61,098 bases of DNA. It comes from Verrucomicrobiota bacterium (GTDB lineage: Bacteria; Verrucomicrobiota; Verrucomicrobiia; Limisphaerales; UBA1096). The position numbers and the translations under genes were made by a program. The notes under the pieces were generated by a model. That model worked only from the letters and a program-made list of their open reading frames with translations. It did not search any database and was not told the origin of the DNA. Location: NCBI GenBank assembly GCA_014382705.1, contig JACNJE010000110.1, forward strand, positions 1 to 61,098, read 5' to 3'. This document shows positions 56,073-61,098 of this stretch, piece after piece. The stretch's first letter is position 1, and the number at the start of each line of letters is the position of its first letter.

Positions 56073-57251
56073 ATGTCTGGCTTGGGGCCCAAGGCCATCC
56101 TCGCACTGGAGGACGGCACTATTTTCGAGGGGCAGGCGTTTGGCGCTGCGGCGTCGGTCGCCGGGGAGGTTTGTTTCAACACCTCCATGACGGGGTATCA
56201 GGAAATCCTGACCGACCCGTCGTACAAGGGGCAGATTATCACGATGACCTATCCGCTCATTGGCAACTACGGCGTCAACGAGCAGGACGTGGAGTCGTAC
56301 CAGACGCACGCCAGCGGGTTTGTCGTGCGCGAGTTGTCGCCGGTCGTGAGCAACTACCGTGCAGACAGCTCGCTCGGTGACTACATGGAGCGCAATGGCA
56401 TCCCCGGCATCGAGGGAATCGACACGCGGGCGCTGACCAAAAAGCTCCGCGTCCGCGGCGCAATGAACGGCTACCTCACGACGGAGGAGGGAGCCACCGC
56501 CGAGAGCGCCTTGGCCAAGGCGAAAGCGTGGCCGGGCCTGATCGGTGTCGATTTCGTGAAGGAAGTCACCCACGAGTCAGCATTTGCATGGGACGAGGAG
56601 GATGCATTGAGCCCGGCATTCCGGCTGCCTAAGGGGCCACGCGAGATCGACGGCCGGATCCAGCGCGATCCGATGCCGGCGGCGGACATCCCGATTGTTG
56701 CGTACGATTTCGGCATCAAGTACAACATCCTGCGCAAGCTGAGACAGACCGGCTTTGCGGTGACGCTGGTTCCGGCGAACACACCGGCGGAGGAGGCGTT
56801 GAAGCACAAGCCGGCCGGTATTTTTCTCTCAAACGGCCCCGGCGACCCGGCGGCGGTGACGTATGCGGCGGAGGCGGTTAAATCGTTACTGGAGAATGGG
56901 TTGCCGATTTTCGGTATCTGCCTTGGCCACCAAATCCTCGGCTTGGCCATGGGCGGGAGGACGAGCAAATTGAAGTTCGGCCATCGCGGCGCCAACCAGC
57001 CGGTGAAGGATCTCGAGAGCGGCCGGGTGGAGATCACGTCGCAGAATCACGGCTTCACGGTGGACGCCGACTCGCTGCCAAGCGACGTGGCGGTGAACCG
57101 GGTCAACCTCAACGACCAGACGGTCGAGGGACTGCGCCACAAGGCCAAGCCGGTGTTCTGCGTGCAGTACCACCCGGAGGCGTCGCCGGGGCCGCACGAT
57201 TCAAGCGGCCTGTTTGGCGAATTCCGCCAGTTGGTCGAGAAGCACGGCTGA
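56073..57251 (+). CDS. carA: Carbamoyl-phosphate synthase small subunit
   Basis: [51 protein letters not shown]. Start is 56073 or 56052. Confidence 0.96.
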   Translation: MSGLGPKAILALEDGTIFEGQAFGAAASVAGEVCFNTSMTGYQEILTDPSYKGQIITMTYPLIGNYGVNEQDVESYQTHASGFVVRELSPVVSNYRADSSLGDYMERNGIPGIEGIDTRALTKKLRVRGAMNGYLTTEEGATAESALAKAKAWPGLIGVDFVKEVTHESAFAWDEEDALSPAFRLPKGPREIDGRIQRDPMPAADIPIVAYDFGIKYNILRKLRQTGFAVTLVPANTPAEEALKHKPAGIFLSNGPGDPAAVTYAAEAVKSLLENGLPIFGICLGHQILGLAMGGRTSKLKFGHRGANQPVKDLESGRVEITSQNHGFTVDADSLPSDVAVNRVNLNDQTVEGLRHKAKPVFCVQYHPEASPGPHDSSGLFGEFRQLVEKHG

Positions 57252-57278
57252 CCTTGGCCAAGCGCTTGAACGGCGGGA

Positions 57279-57791
57279 CTATTTTTCAACCCTTCGGAAC
57301 GTCCCCGGGTTGATGAACAGATTCTTGTGTCCCTTGTGCTTCTTGAAGGAGCGTGTCAGGGCGGCGGAGGTCTTGAGTTCGTCATCCACCAGTTCGGCGT
57401 TCAACAGCTTGATTTCGAGATTCGCGCCGTTCAGTTGATACGAGGCGACGTGGTAAAGGTTTTTCTCCTCCTTGTCCGGGGAGCCTTTGTGGGTGCCGAT
57501 GGCCTGAAGCTGGACGCACTGCACCCCGCCGATCTTGACGGGGTAGGCCCGGAAATACATGGCGTCTTCCCCGATGGGATAATGAATCATGTATTCGGTG
57601 CCCGAGTATTTCAGAACCATCATCCGCTCCTTTTTTTCTTTTTCTTCCCCGGCATCCGGGATGAGTTCCCAGAGGCCGAGCACGGATGAATCCACTGCAA
57701 CGGAGGGTTCTTTCGTCAAGGGCACCTCATACTCGCACCCACAAAAAAGCAAGACAGCCCCCATCAACAGCGCTGTCTTGCTCTTCGTCAC
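57279..57791 (-). CDS. Hypothetical lipoprotein
   Basis: Basic and hydrophobic signal with LLFCGC lipobox; plausible coding sequence; follows rplI. Confidence 0.65.
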   Translation of the reverse strand: MTKSKTALLMGAVLLFCGCEYEVPLTKEPSVAVDSSVLGLWELIPDAGEEKEKKERMMVLKYSGTEYMIHYPIGEDAMYFRAYPVKIGGVQCVQLQAIGTHKGSPDKEEKNLYHVASYQLNGANLEIKLLNAELVDDELKTSAALTRSFKKHKGHKNLFINPGTFRRVEK

Positions 57792-57806
57792 GATGTCGTT
57801 CCCCGG

Positions 57807-58316
57807 TTAACTTGTCGGAGCCTCCTCCGCGGTGGCCTCGGTTTCCTCTTGGGGGAGCGGGTTGCTGCTCTCCACGCGCACTTTAAGTGTGGTGGCGACC
57901 TCTGGATGCAGTCGCAACTCGACGTCGTGGTCGCCCACCATGCGGATCGGCTCGTTGAGGTGAACTTTGCGGCGGTCGATCTTGATCTCGAACTGCTCGT
58001 AGAGCTGCTCGATGATGTTTGCCGGGGTGACCGAGCCGTACATTTTGCCGGTGTCGCCGGTCTTGGCCTTGAGGTGGAGAATCAAGTGCTTGAAGCTGGC
58101 GGCCAGTTCCTTCGCGTCCTTGGCCTCGCGGATCTCGCGATCCCGACGAACCTTGCGAAGGGCTTTCAGGCGGCGCTCGTTGCCCTCGGTCATCGGTATG
58201 GCCAGTCCCTGGGGCAGGAGATAGTTGCGGGCGTAGCCTGTGGCCACGTTGACTTGGTCGGATTCCCCGCCCAGTCCGTCCACATTCTTGATTAGAATAA
58301 CGTCAGTTTTTGCCAT
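57807..58316 (-). CDS. rplI: 50S ribosomal protein L9
   Basis: VILIKNVDGLG, GYARNYLLP, GKMYGSVT, LHPEV. Start at ATG 58316. Confidence 0.95.
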   Translation of the reverse strand: MAKTDVILIKNVDGLGGESDQVNVATGYARNYLLPQGLAIPMTEGNERRLKALRKVRRDREIREAKDAKELAASFKHLILHLKAKTGDTGKMYGSVTPANIIEQLYEQFEIKIDRRKVHLNEPIRMVGDHDVELRLHPEVATTLKVRVESSNPLPQEETEATAEEAPTS

Positions 58317-58347
58317 GAGTCGCTTTTGCTGCTTGTAAATTTTTCGC

Positions 58348-58794
58348 TCAGAACGGGACGTCGTCGTCCCCGGGGCCGTCAATAGGCGGCCCGTCTGCGG
58401 GTTGGGAGGGAGGGGGAGCGGATTGCCGTGGGGCAGAACCATCGCTTTCGACTTGTCCACTTCCGCCGCCAACGAAGCTGAACCGTTCGAGTACCACGCC
58501 GAGCCTGCTCCGGTTTTGCCCGGTGTTCTTGTCCTCCCACTGGTCGAGCTTAAGGCGGCCCTCGACCAGGATTGGGCGGCCTTTCTGCATATATTGGCCA
58601 AGTGTCTCAGCCTGTTTTCCAAAGGCATCGATGTCCACGAAAGTGGTTTCCTCCTTCTGCTGGCCCTCGGCGTCCCGCCAGACGCGGTTGACGGCGAGGC
58701 CCAGCTTGGCGATTGCGGTTCCGCTGGGGGTGTAGCGCAACTCGGGGTCGCGCGTCAGGTTGCCCATCAGGATGACTTTGTTGAAGCTCGCCAT
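58348..58794 (-). CDS. ssb: Single-stranded DNA-binding protein
   Basis: NKVILMGNLTRDPELRYT, VEGRL, C-terminal DDDVPF. Confidence 0.97.
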   Translation of the reverse strand: MASFNKVILMGNLTRDPELRYTPSGTAIAKLGLAVNRVWRDAEGQQKEETTFVDIDAFGKQAETLGQYMQKGRPILVEGRLKLDQWEDKNTGQNRSRLGVVLERFSFVGGGSGQVESDGSAPRQSAPPPSQPADGPPIDGPGDDDVPF

Positions 58795-58837
58795 GAAAGG
58801 AGTTTAATCGGGTTGCAATCCGGAATCAACCCGCGAT

Positions 58838-59125
58838 TCACCCCGGCTTGGTGAAGAATACGCGGAAGACGTCTTTGAGCTTGAGCAGGCGCTTTTTCAG
58901 GTCGCCAGTCGCTGCCGGGTCGCCCTCGAACGTGACCTCGAGGTAGTAGCCGTCCGGGTTTTTGCGGTTGGCCACCCGGACAAAGTTCCTCTGGCCCACG
59001 GCGTTGAATTCGCCGACCTTCCCACCGGCCGTGTCGATCTCGGCCGAGATGAGGGTCTGCAGTTCCTCGACGGTGCTCTCACGCCCCGTCTCCTTCAGGA
59101 TGATCGTCCCTTCGTATTTCGTCAT
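58838..59125 (-). CDS. rpsF: 30S ribosomal protein S6
   Basis: KYE..IIL, GGKV, G.R, GYY pattern; 95 aa; precedes ssb. Confidence 0.88.
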   Translation of the reverse strand: MTKYEGTIILKETGRESTVEELQTLISAEIDTAGGKVGEFNAVGQRNFVRVANRKNPDGYYLEVTFEGDPAATGDLKKRLLKLKDVFRVFFTKPG

Positions 59126-59723
59126 CTGTCTTGTTTCCTGTCGGGGAACAGTCCCCGTTGTAATTGTTCATGGCCGGCCCGATGCCTTGCCGCACCCAGC
59201 AGGCGAGTTGGTCCGCCGCCGTTTCCAGCACCTTTCCCAGCAGTTCGGCTTCCGCCTCGGCAAATCTGCCGAGCACGAAGCCGGACACTTCCCGGTTTGG
59301 TTCCGGGCGGCCGACCCCCAGCCGGAGCCGGGCAAAAGCGTCATTTCCCAGCAACCCCTGGATGGAATCCAGACCCCGATGGCCGCCTGTGCCGCCGCCG
59401 GGGCGCATCCGTACGGCACCAAGCGGCAGGTCGATGTCATCGACCACCACCATGATCCGCCCGACGGGAATCTGGTAAAACTTGGCCAACGGCACCACGG
59501 ATTGGCCACTCAAGTTCATGTAGCCCTGTGGCTTGCACAGGAGGACGGGGCTGCCGTCCTGCCTGCCCTTGGCCAAGTGGGTGGCGAACTTTTTGTTCAC
59601 TTCCCACTCCGCGCCCAAGCGCTTGGCCAAGCGGTCGAGCACCATGAACCCGGCGTTGTGCCGCGTGTCGGCGTACCCTTTCCCGGGATTGCCCAAGCCC
59701 GCGATCAGGTATGTCTCTTCCAT
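59079..59723 (-). CDS. pth: Peptidyl-tRNA hydrolase
   Basis: GLGNPG.Y..TRHNAGF, KPQGYMNLSG, GGHRGL, RLRLGVGRP. Confidence 0.96.
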   Translation of the reverse strand: MEETYLIAGLGNPGKGYADTRHNAGFMVLDRLAKRLGAEWEVNKKFATHLAKGRQDGSPVLLCKPQGYMNLSGQSVVPLAKFYQIPVGRIMVVVDDIDLPLGAVRMRPGGGTGGHRGLDSIQGLLGNDAFARLRLGVGRPEPNREVSGFVLGRFAEAEAELLGKVLETAADQLACWVRQGIGPAMNNYNGDCSPTGNKTDDEIRRDDHPEGDGA

Positions 59724-59785
59724 ACGCGGGCCTTCTCAAAGATCACGGCGAACCGGCCGATCCGGCAGGTCGCCACTTAAAATTA

Positions 59786-60475
59786 TCAACCTTCCTTCTT
59801 GTCCCCGCCCTCGGCACCGTCTTCTTTCTTGGCACCTTCTTGTGCCGGGGCTTCGCCCTCGGCAGTGGCTTCTTCCGCCCCCTCTGCCGCCGCCGCTGCC
59901 TCTTCGGCCTCGGCCATCATCTGCATGCGGGAGGTTGCAATGGCGATCACTAAAGCCTTCGGCGAACCGATCGCGACGACCCCTTTTGGCAGGTCAAGAT
60001 CCACCAAGTGCAGGGATTGGCCGACATCAAGGTTTGTGACATCGGGCTCGAGGCTTTCGGGGATGTCCGCCGGCCGGCCTTTCAGCGTGACGGTGTGCAT
60101 CGAGGTCTGCATGACGCCGCCCAGCTTCACGCCCTCGGCGGTGCCAACCGGGCGCAGCGGCACCTGTGCCGTGACAACACTGTCCTTGGTCAGGCGCTTG
60201 AAATCGACATGGATGAATCCGTTGGTCAGGGGGTTCCTCTGGACATCCTGCACCAGTGCGATGCTCTTTTCGCCTTCAATTACCAGTTCGACGAGGAAGT
60301 TCTTCGCCTCGGTGGACTTTGCCGCCTTGCCAAACTGTTTGGCCTCAAGCTCGATGCTCTGCGGGTCGCCGTTGCCGTAAACAACGCCGGGCAGGCCTCC
60401 GCCCTGACGAACTTTTTTGCTGCCTGTGGTCTTGGTCAACGTCCGCGGACTTGCGGCCAATGAGATTGCTTTCAT
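59786..60475 (-). CDS. rplY: 50S ribosomal protein L25/Ctc
   Basis: PGVVYG, VQRNP...HVDF, GVKLGG and acidic tail; located between prs and pth. Confidence 0.93.
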   Translation of the reverse strand: MKAISLAASPRTLTKTTGSKKVRQGGGLPGVVYGNGDPQSIELEAKQFGKAAKSTEAKNFLVELVIEGEKSIALVQDVQRNPLTNGFIHVDFKRLTKDSVVTAQVPLRPVGTAEGVKLGGVMQTSMHTVTLKGRPADIPESLEPDVTNLDVGQSLHLVDLDLPKGVVAIGSPKALVIAIATSRMQMMAEAEEAAAAAEGAEEATAEGEAPAQEGAKKEDGAEGGDKKEG

Positions 60476-60509
60476 GTAATTTGTCCCAAAAATGCCTCCC
60501 CGGCGGCGC

Positions 60510-60990
60510 TCAGGTGGTGCGCGCTCCCTTGAAGCGGAACAGCGAGTTCACCGAGGAATTGTTGTGGATTCGCTGGATGGCTTCCCCCAGCAACCCCGCA
60601 ACGGAGAGGGTGTTAATGTTCAACCCCTCGATTTCGGGGCGGGGGACTGTATCAGTCGTGATCAATTCGTCAATACAAGAGTTTTTCAGCCGGTCAATGC
60701 CCAAATCGTTGAGAATCGTGTGGGAAACGCAGGCCCGGACACTTGCCGCCCCGTGTTCCTTTAGGATGGCCGCCGCATTGACCAGCGTGCCGGCGGTCTC
60801 GGTGAGGTCATCGACTAAAAGTGCGTTTTTGCCTTCAATATCGCCGATAATGCCCACCGACTCCGTGTTGGTGGCGCTCGTGCGGCGTTTGGCGACGATT
60901 GCCAGATCGGCTCCGAGCATTTCCGAGTAGGCGTGGGCCATTTTCAGCCCCCCTACATCCGGGCTGACCACCACTTGGTTATCCTTGTTG
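60510..60990 (-). CDS. prs: Ribose-phosphate pyrophosphokinase, C-terminal half only (truncated by terminal repeat)
   Basis: VVSPDVGG, VAKRR, VDDLTETAGT, TDTVP, SVNSLF. The 5' half is replaced by the low-complexity repeat; the junction is approximate. Confidence 0.9.
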
Positions 60991-60998
60991 GAGGAGTG

Positions 60999-61098
60999 AG
61001 TAGTACTAGTACTAGTACTAGTACTAGTACTAGTACTAGTACGAGTACTAGTAGTACTAGTAGTACTACTAGTACTAGTAGTACTAGTAGTACTAGTA
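60999..61098. repeat. Low-complexity palindromic tandem repeat (TAGTAC)n at the window end
   Basis: Alternating AGTACT/ACTAGT units with slips; AT-rich; interrupts prs. Confidence 0.9.

Overview
High-GC (about 60-65% by eye) chromosomal window of core genes, most likely from a Verrucomicrobiota genome. That assignment is inference, based on the H-X9-DG prepilin-like paralogues, the rpsF-ssb-rplI order without rpsR, and the style of a C-terminal domain. Gene content: gltB-gltD and pntAB; a minus-strand complex I operon nuoA-B-C-D-I-H-J-K-L-M-M-N with no nuoEFG, two nuoM genes and a NuoL lateral helix 26 aa longer than its paralogue ('2M' type); an FGE/SUMF1-domain gene, three prepilin-like genes, an octaheme cytochrome c, RNase R and a large secreted zinc metalloprotease; a second, NADH-type operon nuoB-N that lacks nuoA, follows a perfect Rex/CRP-type operator and is interrupted by an antisense tRNA-Gln; then dprA, an aldolase, an oppA-like gene, secG, tpiA, pgk, carA, rplI, ssb, rpsF, pth, rplY and a truncated prs. 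The strongest unexplained signal is a highly iterated palindrome, (GCGC)TTGGCCAA(GCGC). I counted about 68 cores and 7 perfect 16-mers by hand; it lies in genes in all three frames and sometimes forms 12-bp tandems. Also notable are two nested inverted-repeat arrays behind both nuoN genes, several REP-like elements and a candidate sRNA. The window ends in (TAGTAC)n, which is probably an artefact.
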